Shown here one piece after another: positions 42,975 through 51,848 of a stretch of 64,000 bases of DNA. The notes under the pieces are model-generated. The model made no database searches and was not told where the DNA came from. It saw only the letters and a program-made list of their open reading frames with translations. The first letter of the stretch is position 1. Every line of letters starts with the position of its first letter. The translations under genes were made by a program, and so were the position numbers. Source of the stretch: Minisyncoccota bacterium (lineage in GTDB: Bacteria; Patescibacteriota; Minisyncoccia; Phycocordibacterales; UBA9973); the NCBI GenBank assembly GCA_041663005.1, contig JBAZRK010000001.1:93360-157359 (forward strand), given 5' to 3'.

Positions 42975-43061
42975 GGAGGCGTGGCTGAGTGGTTGAAGGC
43001 ACCGGTTTCGAAAACCGGCATTGGGGAAACTCAATCGTGAGTTCAAATCTCACCGCCTCCG
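42975..43061 (+). tRNA. tRNA-Ser (anticodon CGA)
   Basis: Acceptor GGAGGCG/CGCCTCC, anticodon stem CCGGT/ACCGG with loop TTCGAAA, long variable arm, T-arm GTGAG-TTCAAAT-CTCAC, discriminator G. Confidence 0.85.
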
Positions 43062-43107
43062 CAAAATATCTCATTACATATGTAAGGAGACGTGTAAGGA
43101 GATAAAA

Positions 43108-44034
43108 TTATTTCGTATTCAAGTAAAGATAAATATCTTCGAGAGCACGGACGGCATCACCGGCGGCGATGTTGTTCTGGTGATAGAGAATGTTCGTTGC
43201 ATCACCCGCGGCCCAGATGCCGGACACTTCGGTTTTCTGATTTGAAAAGTCTATTTTAATTCTGCCGATTTCATCAAGCGGGACAAGTTCCTTCGCAAAT
43301 CCGGTATTCGGAATCTGTCCTATTTCCACGAAGATACCGGCAACTTTGAGTGGCTTCGTTTCTCCAGTTTTAGAATCCTTATAAACAAGTCCATCCACAA
43401 ATTTATCACCTGTGATTTCTAGGATTTCCGTGTTTTTTATAACTTTCATTTTCGGATTTTTAAGAACCTTCTCTACAGTTACTTCGTCAGCCTTGAAAGT
43501 GTCGCCTCGGATGAGGAGGGTCACGGATTTGCAGTAGGCGAGGAGCTGGGCGGCAGTTTCAAAGCCAGCATTGCCGCCACCCACAACAGCCACATCCATA
43601 TCGGCGAAGAGGGGTCCATCGCAAGAAGCACAGTAGGTGAGTCCTTTGTTTTCGAGCCTGTCAGCTCCTATAGCAGTGAGCTTCCTGCGGAGGCTACCCG
43701 TGGTTATGAGGACGGTCTTCGCCTCGAATTCTTTGCCTGCGTCAGTTTTTATAGAAAAATTGGAACCCTTTTTTTCAACAACTTGGACCTTTTCACCTTC
43801 AACTACTTCCAGGCTGTCGCCGACGTTGGCCATAACGTGCTTTTTGAAATTTTCTGCAAGTTCATTTCCTGAGAGGGAAACAGTACCTATCCAGTTGTAT
43901 ATTTGTTCAGAGACCACGCTCTGTCCGCCCCATTCCGCAGTCACAAAAAGCGTTTTCATACGCTTCCTGGCTGCATATACAGCGGCTGCAGTGCCGGCAG
44001 GTCCACCTCCGATAATTATCAAATCGTAAATCAT
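43108..44034 (-). CDS. trxB: thioredoxin-disulfide reductase
   Basis: FAD motif IIGGGPAGTAAAVYAARK, redox-active CASCDG and NAD(P) motif VVGGGNAGFE. Confidence 0.85.
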   Translation of the reverse strand: MIYDLIIIGGGPAGTAAAVYAARKRMKTLFVTAEWGGQSVVSEQIYNWIGTVSLSGNELAENFKKHVMANVGDSLEVVEGEKVQVVEKKGSNFSIKTDAGKEFEAKTVLITTGSLRRKLTAIGADRLENKGLTYCASCDGPLFADMDVAVVGGGNAGFETAAQLLAYCKSVTLLIRGDTFKADEVTVEKVLKNPKMKVIKNTEILEITGDKFVDGLVYKDSKTGETKPLKVAGIFVEIGQIPNTGFAKELVPLDEIGRIKIDFSNQKTEVSGIWAAGDATNILYHQNNIAAGDAVRALEDIYLYLNTK

Positions 44035-44208
44035 ATTCGTATTATATACTAGTTTAAAATTTCGTACTATTTTTCAAACATAAATTTTTCCGGTACGGAT
44101 TTTTGATTCTGCGGAATCATGTCGCGTAAGTCCTTTAGGCGCGACCAAAAAATCCTGAAGTTCTCGGCTCGTCAGCCTCGAAACCCCTTCAAAATTTAGT
44201 TTAAAAAA

Positions 44209-45402
44209 TTATTTTTTATTTCTTCGCAAGAATGCTGGAACAGCGCTCCAGTCTCCGTCCTCATCTTCAATGATGATTTCGTCTTTCACTTCTTTCTTTT
44301 CAACCTTCTTTATGAAGTCATTGTTCGGGATAGGGTTTACATTACTGGCTATAGTGTTATGAATTTCTTTTTTAGCCTGGACTACATTGTCCTCCTTTAG
44401 CATTGTGCCAGTGGTGCCACCGAAGAGACTCTTTCTAGGCATATCTGTAGGGAAGCTTGTAGCGATAACGGTAACTTTGATTTCGCCTTTTTTGAGCTTC
44501 GGATCGTGGATGGTTCCGAATATAACCTTGGCATCCTTGTCGATAGACTCGGTGATAACCTTGGCAGCTTCTTGGATTTCATTGATAGTAAGCTCGTCTT
44601 CACCTCCGGAGATTGCGAAGAGGACACCCTTGGCACCGTGTACGGAGACTTCGAGGAGAGGAGAATTGATGGCCATAAGTGCCGCCTTTTCTGCGCGCTT
44701 TTCACCTGAAGCCGAACCGATACCCATTAAAGCGCTACCAGCGTTTGCCATCACGGCTTTAATATCGGCGAAGTCGACGTTGATGACGCCCGGAGTTGTG
44801 ATGAGGTCAGCTATTCCTTCTACCGCTTGCCTCAAGACATCGTCGCATTTCTGGAAGGCATCTCGGAAATTAATATTTTTCTCAGCGAGTTGTAAAAGTT
44901 TGTCGTTCGGGATGATGATGATAGCGTCCACTTCCTTGGCGAGTTCCTCGATGCCTTTCTCAGCTATCTTCATTCTTTGGCTACCTTCGAAGAAAAATGG
45001 TTTGGTGGTGACGGCAACAGTGAGTATGCCTTGCTCACGTGCCGCACGAGCGACTATAGGCGCCGCTCCTGTACCGGTCCCGCCACCCATTCCGCAGGCG
45101 AGGAAAATCATATCGGCTCCCTTGACCACGTCCTGAATTTCAGACTTGGTTTCTTCAGCCGCTTTTTTGCCTATTTCCGGATCCATTCCCGCGCCCAAAC
45201 CCTTCGTTAAATTTTTCCCTATATGAATTTTTTTCTCAGCGAGAGAGTGGTGCAAGTCCTGAGTGTCCGTATTCATAGCGATAAAGGACACACCCTTCAC
45301 CTTCGAATTTATCATATGATTTACTGCATTTTTTCCGGATCCGCCGATACCGACGACCATAATTCGGGCGAAACTTTCGATGACTTGGGTTACTTTTGGC
45401 AT
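44209..45402 (-). CDS. ftsZ: cell division GTPase FtsZ
   Basis: GIGGSGKNAVNHM and the tubulin signature GGGTGTGAAPIVA. Confidence 0.9.
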   Translation of the reverse strand: MPKVTQVIESFARIMVVGIGGSGKNAVNHMINSKVKGVSFIAMNTDTQDLHHSLAEKKIHIGKNLTKGLGAGMDPEIGKKAAEETKSEIQDVVKGADMIFLACGMGGGTGTGAAPIVARAAREQGILTVAVTTKPFFFEGSQRMKIAEKGIEELAKEVDAIIIIPNDKLLQLAEKNINFRDAFQKCDDVLRQAVEGIADLITTPGVINVDFADIKAVMANAGSALMGIGSASGEKRAEKAALMAINSPLLEVSVHGAKGVLFAISGGEDELTINEIQEAAKVITESIDKDAKVIFGTIHDPKLKKGEIKVTVIATSFPTDMPRKSLFGGTTGTMLKEDNVVQAKKEIHNTIASNVNPIPNNDFIKKVEKKEVKDEIIIEDEDGDWSAVPAFLRRNKK

Positions 45403-45513
45403 ATTTTTATTTGCGACTTAATAGTTATCTTATATAAGTAATAGACTAACAGAAAGCAGAAAAAAGTAAACCCCCATACTTATGCATAAGTATGGGGGAA
45501 AACGGCTAAAACT

Positions 45514-46677
45514 TTAAGGCATTAACTGCTTCAATCCGGATTTAATACTGGCTTTTAGGTCGCGGAGCAGACCGTCGAGTGTACCAGTAGAGAAATTGCC
45601 GTTGCTTTTTACTGCAGAGAGGAGGCCTATGGCCGGGAACCAGGCTGAGTCACGGAGTTTAGTTTTAGTATTGTTAAACATTTCCGTGGTTCCGAGCGAA
45701 GACGGAAGTTTCAAAATAGATTTCGATAATTCTAAAATGCCTGGGGTGCTCGAGCCACCACCGATGAAGACCACTCCAGCGGGCAGGAGTTCGGAACGTT
45801 TTAATTTTTTAAAATGATTATCTATTGATTCGAAAATGTCGCAGAGGCGAGCCTCGATTATTTCGTCCAGTTTCTTTTTCGGAAATTCTTCTGTGGCTGT
45901 TCCGAGTTTCAAATCTTCTGCTTGCTCCAGCGGAATTTTAAGTCCTAAGGCGATGTCATTGGTAATGTCCGAGGAGCCAATAGAGAAAGTATGTACCGAG
46001 ATGAGAAGACCATTCTCGAAAACGGATACCAATGACTTCTCGGCGCCTATGTCCACCAAGGCAACACCCACGATTTTCTGCTTCTCGGACAGGCACAGAT
46101 CTTGGGCAGAGACTGGCGAGGCTACTACGTCAAGCGTTTCTACTCCGGCTTCGGCCAGAACTCCCAGCAAATCTTCCAAATGAACAATGGAATATGTAAC
46201 GAAAAGGGCCTTCACCTCAAGTTTGGTGCCACGCATTCCGAGCGGACGCCCCTGGACTTCCTTGCCGTCCAGACGGTATGACACTGGGAAAGAATGAACT
46301 ATTTTCTTGTTACCGAGCGAGAGGTTGTCTTCAGCGTCCTCCATCGCCTTGCTCACATCGAGGCTAGTGACTTCACCATCCGCTTTTGAAATTATTGCCG
46401 AGCCGGAACTCGTCTCACCGCGAAGGGTTGCACCGGAGAGCGCGACGAAGGCGCGGCGAATTTTCGCCCCCGAAGACTTTTCAGCTTGCGCGATTGCGTT
46501 TTTAACCGAAGCGATGGCTTGCGCGGTGTTCACCACGTAACCGTGACGCAATCCGAAAGTGGGCGCAATACCAACGCCGATAACCTTAGGATTTTTCTCT
46601 CCTTTGACGAACTCTCCGACCACGACTCGAGTTAGCGATGAGCCGATGTCTATTCCCACCGAAATATTTTTGATCAT
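45514..46677 (-). CDS. ftsA: cell division protein FtsA
   Basis: Actin-fold N-terminus VGIDIGSSLTRVVVGE, DIGA/GGGSS motifs and a C-terminal amphipathic tail. Confidence 0.85.
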   Translation of the reverse strand: MIKNISVGIDIGSSLTRVVVGEFVKGEKNPKVIGVGIAPTFGLRHGYVVNTAQAIASVKNAIAQAEKSSGAKIRRAFVALSGATLRGETSSGSAIISKADGEVTSLDVSKAMEDAEDNLSLGNKKIVHSFPVSYRLDGKEVQGRPLGMRGTKLEVKALFVTYSIVHLEDLLGVLAEAGVETLDVVASPVSAQDLCLSEKQKIVGVALVDIGAEKSLVSVFENGLLISVHTFSIGSSDITNDIALGLKIPLEQAEDLKLGTATEEFPKKKLDEIIEARLCDIFESIDNHFKKLKRSELLPAGVVFIGGGSSTPGILELSKSILKLPSSLGTTEMFNNTKTKLRDSAWFPAIGLLSAVKSNGNFSTGTLDGLLRDLKASIKSGLKQLMP

Positions 46678-47044
46678 ATTTATTTTCCGCTTTCTCCATT
46701 CTACTACTATGTACGTTTCCTTTCAAATGAAGCATTCCGTGGATAACCAAGAATCCCACGAGCTCGCGGAAATTTTTATCAAATTTGCGTTCTTTCGCCT
46801 CGCGGGTGATGACCGCGGGGCAGAGGACTATCTCGCCGGCGCTTTTCGTCAAAGGGAATGACAATATGTTTGTAGCCTTGTCCTTGCCACGGTAGGCCTT
46901 GTTAAGCTCGCGAGATTTAGCGTTGGACACGAAAACGATAGACAGAGAATATTTCTCGCCTAGTATTTCTTGCTTTATCTCTAAAACGGGAAGACGAGGG
47001 AATGGAACCCTCGTCTTGTTAGTTATTGAAATGCCTGTCTCCAT
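46586..47044 (-). CDS. ybeY: rRNA maturation endoribonuclease YbeY
   Basis: NILSFPL and the zinc motif HGMLHLKGNVH. An R-rich C-terminal tail overlaps the ftsA start by 92 nt. Confidence 0.7.
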   Translation of the reverse strand: METGISITNKTRVPFPRLPVLEIKQEILGEKYSLSIVFVSNAKSRELNKAYRGKDKATNILSFPLTKSAGEIVLCPAVITREAKERKFDKNFRELVGFLVIHGMLHLKGNVHSSRMEKAENKYDQKYFGGNRHRLIANSSRGRRVRQRREKS

Positions 47045-47058
47045 CGGCTTTAGGTAAG

Positions 47059-47298
47059 TTATCGTGACTTGGTGACCATTTTGCCCAGCTTCTTTAATTT
47101 TTCGATTTCCTTCCTGCGCTCCATTCTCTTCAAAGCGCTCTTCTTGACCTTGAGCTTGGATTCCTTGCGCTCGTTGTAGCGAGAACCCTTAACCTTCCTA
47201 ATGATGCCGGATTCCTGAATGCGTCGTGAAAAGCGGCGCAAAACGCTTGAATTATTTTCGTTTGGATTCTTCTTGACCTCTATTACTGTTTTTGCCAT
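47059..47298 (-). CDS. rpsU: 30S ribosomal protein S21
   Basis: 79 aa, highly basic. Contains VLRRFSRRIQESGI. Confidence 0.8.
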   Translation of the reverse strand: MAKTVIEVKKNPNENNSSVLRRFSRRIQESGIIRKVKGSRYNERKESKLKVKKSALKRMERRKEIEKLKKLGKMVTKSR

Positions 47299-47464
47299 AG
47301 CCCTAAGATTATCATAAAAAGGATTTTAAGCAAGCGCCATCACTGTAGTAGGAGTAGGGCTTTGACTTTTGCTTCCAAAAAGAGTAAATTAATACTTTGA
47401 ATCCCGTTAGAAATTTTCGAAACGGGGTTTCATCGTTTTATTACCAAAATCTAAAATATTTACA

Positions 47465-47953
47465 ATGAATCAAGCGGGCAATTACATTACGGCAGAGAAA
47501 AGGAAAGCCTTGGAAGCCGAACTTAAGGATTTAAAAGGCCCTAAGAGAAAGGAAATACTCGAAGCGCTAGCGTACGCCAAGTCGCTCGGTGATTTGTCGG
47601 AAAACGCCGAATATCATCAGGCGCGCGAGGAGCAAGGCAAGCTCGAGACCCGAATTAAATGGATTGAAGAAATTCTGGAGTCTTCTCATACCGTGAAAGG
47701 AGGGGGTGGGGACATCATCGAGATAGGCTCTAAAGTAGTTGTGCAAAGACTTGATGCGAAAGGCCTGCCCGCCAACGAGGCGGGAGAGAAAAAATATGTT
47801 ATAGTAGGTTCACAGGAGGCGGATATGGCGGCTGGGAAAATCTCGAACCACTCGCCGATAGGTAGCGCCCTGTTTGGGAAGAAGAAAGGTGCGAGCGTTA
47901 CCTTCGCTACCCCCAAGGGTCCGGTGAATTACAAAATTATCGACGTCTCTTAA
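47465..47953 (+). CDS. greA: transcription elongation factor GreA
   Basis: N-terminal coiled coil with GDLSENAEYHQAREEQ and a C-terminal FKBP-like domain. Confidence 0.85.
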   Translation: MNQAGNYITAEKRKALEAELKDLKGPKRKEILEALAYAKSLGDLSENAEYHQAREEQGKLETRIKWIEEILESSHTVKGGGGDIIEIGSKVVVQRLDAKGLPANEAGEKKYVIVGSQEADMAAGKISNHSPIGSALFGKKKGASVTFATPKGPVNYKIIDVS

Positions 47954-47965
47954 TAGGAATACATT

Positions 47966-49426
47966 ATGTCTTCAATTGATGAAATTAGGGAGACAAGAAT
48001 AAAAAAATTAAAACTTCTGGAAGAGAAGGGTATTAATGCGTATCCAGCAGAGTCGAAGAGGGAGCTAAGCCTCGCGGAAGCAGCGGATAAATTCGATAGA
48101 TTTGAGGCGGGCAAAGATACCAAGTGGATAGCGGGCAGGATAATGTCTATCCGCGGACAAGGAGCCATTATTTTTATCACGCTCTACGACGGCACGGGGA
48201 CATTCCAAGGACTCCTAAAGAAGGATGTCATAGGTGAAGAGAAATTAAATTTCTGGAATGAAGTCGTGGACATCGGCGACTTCGTAGAACTACAAGGCAC
48301 GTTTTTTAAAACCAATCGTGGCGAGAAAACCCTTGAGGCGACTGACTGGCGAATGCTTTCGAAGTCTCTCCGCCCACTGCCCGAGAAATGGCACGGGCTT
48401 ACGGACGTGGAAGAGCGTTACCGCAAGCGATACTTAGACATTCTGATGAACCCGGAACTCAAAGACCTTTTCGAAAGGAAGGCCAAGTTCTGGGACGCCA
48501 CAAGAAACTTTTTGAAAAAAGAAGGATTCCTAGAAGTTGAAACTCCAACCATTGAAGTCACGACTGGCGGTGCGGAGGCGAGACCTTTCAAAACTCACCA
48601 TAACGATTTCGACCTCGATGTTTATATGCGAATTTCCGTTGGAGAGCTGTGGCAGAAGCGTTTGCTCGCGGCGGGCTTCGATCGCGTTTTCGAAATAGGG
48701 AGAGCTTATCGTAATGAAGGCTCGAGCCCAGAGCATACTCAGGAGTTTACAAATTTGGAATTTTACGCCGGGTATATGGATTACAAGCAAGGGATGGAAT
48801 TCACGGAACGAATGCTTAAAAAGGTGGCGCAAGAAACTTTCGGAACTTTAGAATTCGAAACTCACGGACAGAAAGTTGATTTATCTCAAAAATGGGAAAG
48901 GATGGCCTACGTGGATACAATTAAGAAAATGACCGGCGTGGATGTGCTTAATGCGGGCGAGAAAGAAATGACTGCAAAGCTCGATGAGCTCGGTGTGAAA
49001 TATGACGGCAACAACATAGAGCGCCTGACGGATTCCCTTTGGAAATATTGCCGAAAGCAAATAGTGGGCCCGGCTTGGCTCATCGATGTGCCGAAGCTCG
49101 TGTCGCCACTTTCGAAAGCTAAACCCGAAAATCCGTTACTCACCGAGAGGGTGCAGTTACTCCTCGCCGGGGCAGAAATGACCAACGGCTTCTCGGAATT
49201 AAATGACCCCGTAGACCAGGGCGAGCGCTTCGCTCAGCAAAAGAGATTAATCGAGGCAGGGGATGAAGAAGCCATGATGCCTGATGACGAATTCGTGGAA
49301 ATGCTCGAGCACGGAATGCCCCCAGCCTTCGGCTTCGGAATGGGAGAAAGATTTTTCTCTTTTCTGGTAGACAAACCTCTTCGCGAAATTCAACTCTTCC
49401 CGCTAATGCGCCCGAGACAGGAATAA
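47966..49426 (+). CDS. lysS: lysyl-tRNA synthetase, class II
   Basis: OB-fold N-terminal domain. Class II motifs FLEVETP, FEIGRAYRNEG, and GMGERFFSFLVDKPLREIQLFP. Confidence 0.9.
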   Translation: MSSIDEIRETRIKKLKLLEEKGINAYPAESKRELSLAEAADKFDRFEAGKDTKWIAGRIMSIRGQGAIIFITLYDGTGTFQGLLKKDVIGEEKLNFWNEVVDIGDFVELQGTFFKTNRGEKTLEATDWRMLSKSLRPLPEKWHGLTDVEERYRKRYLDILMNPELKDLFERKAKFWDATRNFLKKEGFLEVETPTIEVTTGGAEARPFKTHHNDFDLDVYMRISVGELWQKRLLAAGFDRVFEIGRAYRNEGSSPEHTQEFTNLEFYAGYMDYKQGMEFTERMLKKVAQETFGTLEFETHGQKVDLSQKWERMAYVDTIKKMTGVDVLNAGEKEMTAKLDELGVKYDGNNIERLTDSLWKYCRKQIVGPAWLIDVPKLVSPLSKAKPENPLLTERVQLLLAGAEMTNGFSELNDPVDQGERFAQQKRLIEAGDEEAMMPDDEFVEMLEHGMPPAFGFGMGERFFSFLVDKPLREIQLFPLMRPRQE

Positions 49427-49453
49427 AAAAACACCCATTGGGTGTTTTTTTAT
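49424..49453. terminator. bidirectional intrinsic terminator between lysS and the converging ORF
   Basis: AAAAAAA-ACACCC-ATT-GGGTGT-TTTTTTT. Confidence 0.7.
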
Positions 49454-49454
49454 T

Positions 49455-49859
49455 TTAGTTAAAATCTTTAGGAAGTCCGAAACGTTTGATGAGCATATCC
49501 ACTACCTGCTTGTCGGATTTGTCTGTTGGATCCCAGTCGACTTTATGATGAGGAAGTTTATTAAAAATATTTCGATAGGTCCTAGAGAGGGTTAATGCGT
49601 TGGCGTCTTCTGGAAGCACTGTGATGTCTTCTCTTATTGCGAATACGTTTTCTGCATGTTCCATAATCTCCTTAAACTCTTCGTCGTTATATTCCACGTT
49701 AGTAAAATCAGGCATTTTGCCTCCGAGATATGCGTTCAAAATAGCAATTGTTCGCTTGCGAGTGCCTTCTGGCATTTCCAATTTCTCTACTCCTCTTACT
49801 GGATTAGCTTCTGGCTCAACTTTTTTAACAAAAGTAATTGATTCGTGTTTCGTATGCAT
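49455..49859 (-). CDS. hypothetical protein (134 aa)
   Basis: Clean ORF between terminators. No recognisable motif. Confidence 0.5.
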   Translation of the reverse strand: MHTKHESITFVKKVEPEANPVRGVEKLEMPEGTRKRTIAILNAYLGGKMPDFTNVEYNDEEFKEIMEHAENVFAIREDITVLPEDANALTLSRTYRNIFNKLPHHKVDWDPTDKSDKQVVDMLIKRFGLPKDFN

Positions 49860-50102
49860 AATTTTATTATATCACAAAACGAAAAGCGCCTCGACGATGT
49901 TGTCGAAGGTCGCTTGGATACTTGGCGGTGCGAACACGCCAATTTTTAATTTTGCGAAAGAGCAGTTTACATCATATTTTATATAAAAATCAAGCGAAGC
50001 AGGGGAAGGTAAGCCCGACGCAAGTTCGGGCTCCGACCCCATAGATGAGCGTCGGAGTTATCCACACATTGGGCTTGGCGCTATTTTATGTAGTGGTTTA
50101 TA

Positions 50103-50600
50103 ATGTATATGAAGTGGGAAAAAGTGGGAAATCGGTGCAAAAGTAATTTTTATAAAAAAATGCTGATAGGAGAATACATTCACACAATAGACGAGAAGAA
50201 CCGGGTTTCTGTGCCGGCGAAATTTAGGAAAGAGCTCGGCAAGAAAATCATCATTACCCCCGGACTCGGACAATGTCTGTTTATTTTCACTACAGCAGAA
50301 TGGGCGAAAGTTTCTAAAAAGCTTTCTGACTCTGAGACCGATTTGTCATTCTTGAAAGCTGACCAGAGAAGCTTCAACAGATATATGTTTGGTCGCGCCG
50401 CCGAAGTTGAAATTGATTCTATCGGCAGGATGCTCATACCGGAATTCTTGCAGGAGGGGATTCACTTGCGAGACAAGGCAGCCATCATAGGAGTTAAAGA
50501 TCGCGTCGAAGTCTGGAACGAGAAGGCTTGGGGCGAGCAGAAGGTTAAGGTAGCGAAGGAAGCGGAGCAGTTGGCGGAAAAATTGGCACGCAATGAATAG
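50103..50600 (+). CDS. mraZ: transcriptional regulator MraZ
   Basis: Duplicated SpoVT/AbrB-like halves (IDEKNRVSVPAKFR..., IDSIGRMLIPEFL...). Confidence 0.85.
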   Translation: MYMKWEKVGNRCKSNFYKKMLIGEYIHTIDEKNRVSVPAKFRKELGKKIIITPGLGQCLFIFTTAEWAKVSKKLSDSETDLSFLKADQRSFNRYMFGRAAEVEIDSIGRMLIPEFLQEGIHLRDKAAIIGVKDRVEVWNEKAWGEQKVKVAKEAEQLAEKLARNE

Positions 50601-51486
50601 CATTCACAAGACAGTTCTTTTAAAAGAAACAATAGATGGGTTAAATTTACAGCCGAAGTCCGTCGTAGTAGATGCTACTTTCGGCGGGGGAGGACACAGC
50701 TTGGAAATCTGCAAGCAGTTCCCAGGAGTAAGGATAATAGCCATCGATCAAGACCAAGGAGCGTTCGAAAAAGCTAAAAACAAGTTTGAAGGAACGGTGT
50801 GCGACATAACTTTCGTAAAAGCAAACTTTCGAAACTTGGGCGAGGACTTACACGCTGACGTCGATGGAATTATTTTCGACCTAGGATTAAGTTCAGACCA
50901 ATTAGAGAATTCCGGACGGGGATTTTCTTTCATCCGCAATGAGCCGCTTCTCATGACGATGAAGGAAAATCCCTCTCCAGAAGATTTAACCGCTCGAGAG
51001 ATTGTGAACACTTGGGAGGAGAAATCCCTAGCCGACATCATCTACGGTTACGGAGAAGAGAGGTTTTCTCGATGGATTGCCAAGGCGATTGTGGAAGGAA
51101 GGAAGGACAAAGAAATTGTGACCACGTTCGACCTGGTGAAGATTATCGAGGAAGCAGTGCCGGGAGCATACAAGCGGGGGAGGATACACTGTGCCACCAA
51201 GACTTTTCAAGCATTGCGCATTGCAGTGAACGACGAATTGGGGAGTTTGGCGGAAGGACTTAAAGCGGGATTCGCGAAGCTTAAAGTCGGAGGGAGGATG
51301 GGGGTTATATCATTCCATAGTTTAGAGGACAGGATTGTAAAGAATTTTTATAAAGACAAGAAAGCGAACGGCGAGGCGATACTTATAAACAAGAAACCAA
51401 TTATTGCCGGAGAGACGGAAGTAAAAAGTAACCCGAGGTCACGCAGCGCCAAATTAAGGATTTTAGAAAAAACACAAGCAAATTAA
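50593..51486 (+). CDS. rsmH: 16S rRNA (cytosine1402-N4)-methyltransferase RsmH
   Basis: VLLKETIDGL...VDATFGGGGHS SAM motif. The stop of mraZ overlaps the start. Confidence 0.85.
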   Translation: MNSIHKTVLLKETIDGLNLQPKSVVVDATFGGGGHSLEICKQFPGVRIIAIDQDQGAFEKAKNKFEGTVCDITFVKANFRNLGEDLHADVDGIIFDLGLSSDQLENSGRGFSFIRNEPLLMTMKENPSPEDLTAREIVNTWEEKSLADIIYGYGEERFSRWIAKAIVEGRKDKEIVTTFDLVKIIEEAVPGAYKRGRIHCATKTFQALRIAVNDELGSLAEGLKAGFAKLKVGGRMGVISFHSLEDRIVKNFYKDKKANGEAILINKKPIIAGETEVKSNPRSRSAKLRILEKTQAN

Positions 51487-51491
51487 AAAAA

Positions 51492-51848
51492 ATGAAACAA
51501 GCAAGCTTAAAACTTTACAGGGGGATGCAAAACGTCAATATCACGGCTAACAACGTAGATATGAACCGCGTGATTTTGCGCGCGATGTTAAGTACCGTCG
51601 TATTGCTCGCGCTTACCTATGCACTCCTGGTGGGTCTTATGGTTTGGAATATTGTGGAAAGGAAAAATTTGGAAAAAGAAATGCAAACTCTATCAACTGA
51701 CGTTGGTAATCTTGAGCTTGAATACCTGGCGCTCTCAGGGAGCATTGACATCGAGCTCGGGCACGCTATGGGATTTAAAGAAACTCCTGCCAATTTTGCT
51801 ACCAAGAGGTCGCTCGGCAGTCGCGAGCTCGTAAGCAATGAAATCTAG
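51492..51848 (+). CDS. ftsL: FtsL-like cell division membrane protein
   Basis: Single TM helix plus coiled coil. Lies between rsmH and ftsI, the conserved dcw-cluster position. Confidence 0.5.
   Translation: MKQASLKLYRGMQNVNITANNVDMNRVILRAMLSTVVLLALTYALLVGLMVWNIVERKNLEKEMQTLSTDVGNLELEYLALSGSIDIELGHAMGFKETPANFATKRSLGSRELVSNEI

Larger units (their letters stand above)
33806..43061. mobile_element. putative integrated mobile element or genomic island bounded by tRNA-Glu and tRNA-Ser (serine recombinase, iterons, nuclease-rich operon)
   Basis: The region is AT-rich compared with both flanks. A large serine recombinase abuts the tRNA. Most other ORFs have no housekeeping identity, and a tRNA sits at each boundary. 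Confidence 0.4.

Noticed and set aside
44387-45136. 249-aa ORF on the + strand
   Set aside because: It is entirely antisense to ftsZ. Its S/A/P-rich low-complexity translation is typical of antisense frames.
47407-47440. Hairpin CCCGTT-AGAAATTTTCGAA-ACGGGG followed by a TTTCATCGTTTT tract, upstream of greA
   Set aside because: It could be a terminator or attenuator. However the loop is large and the T-tract is interrupted, so I did not call it.
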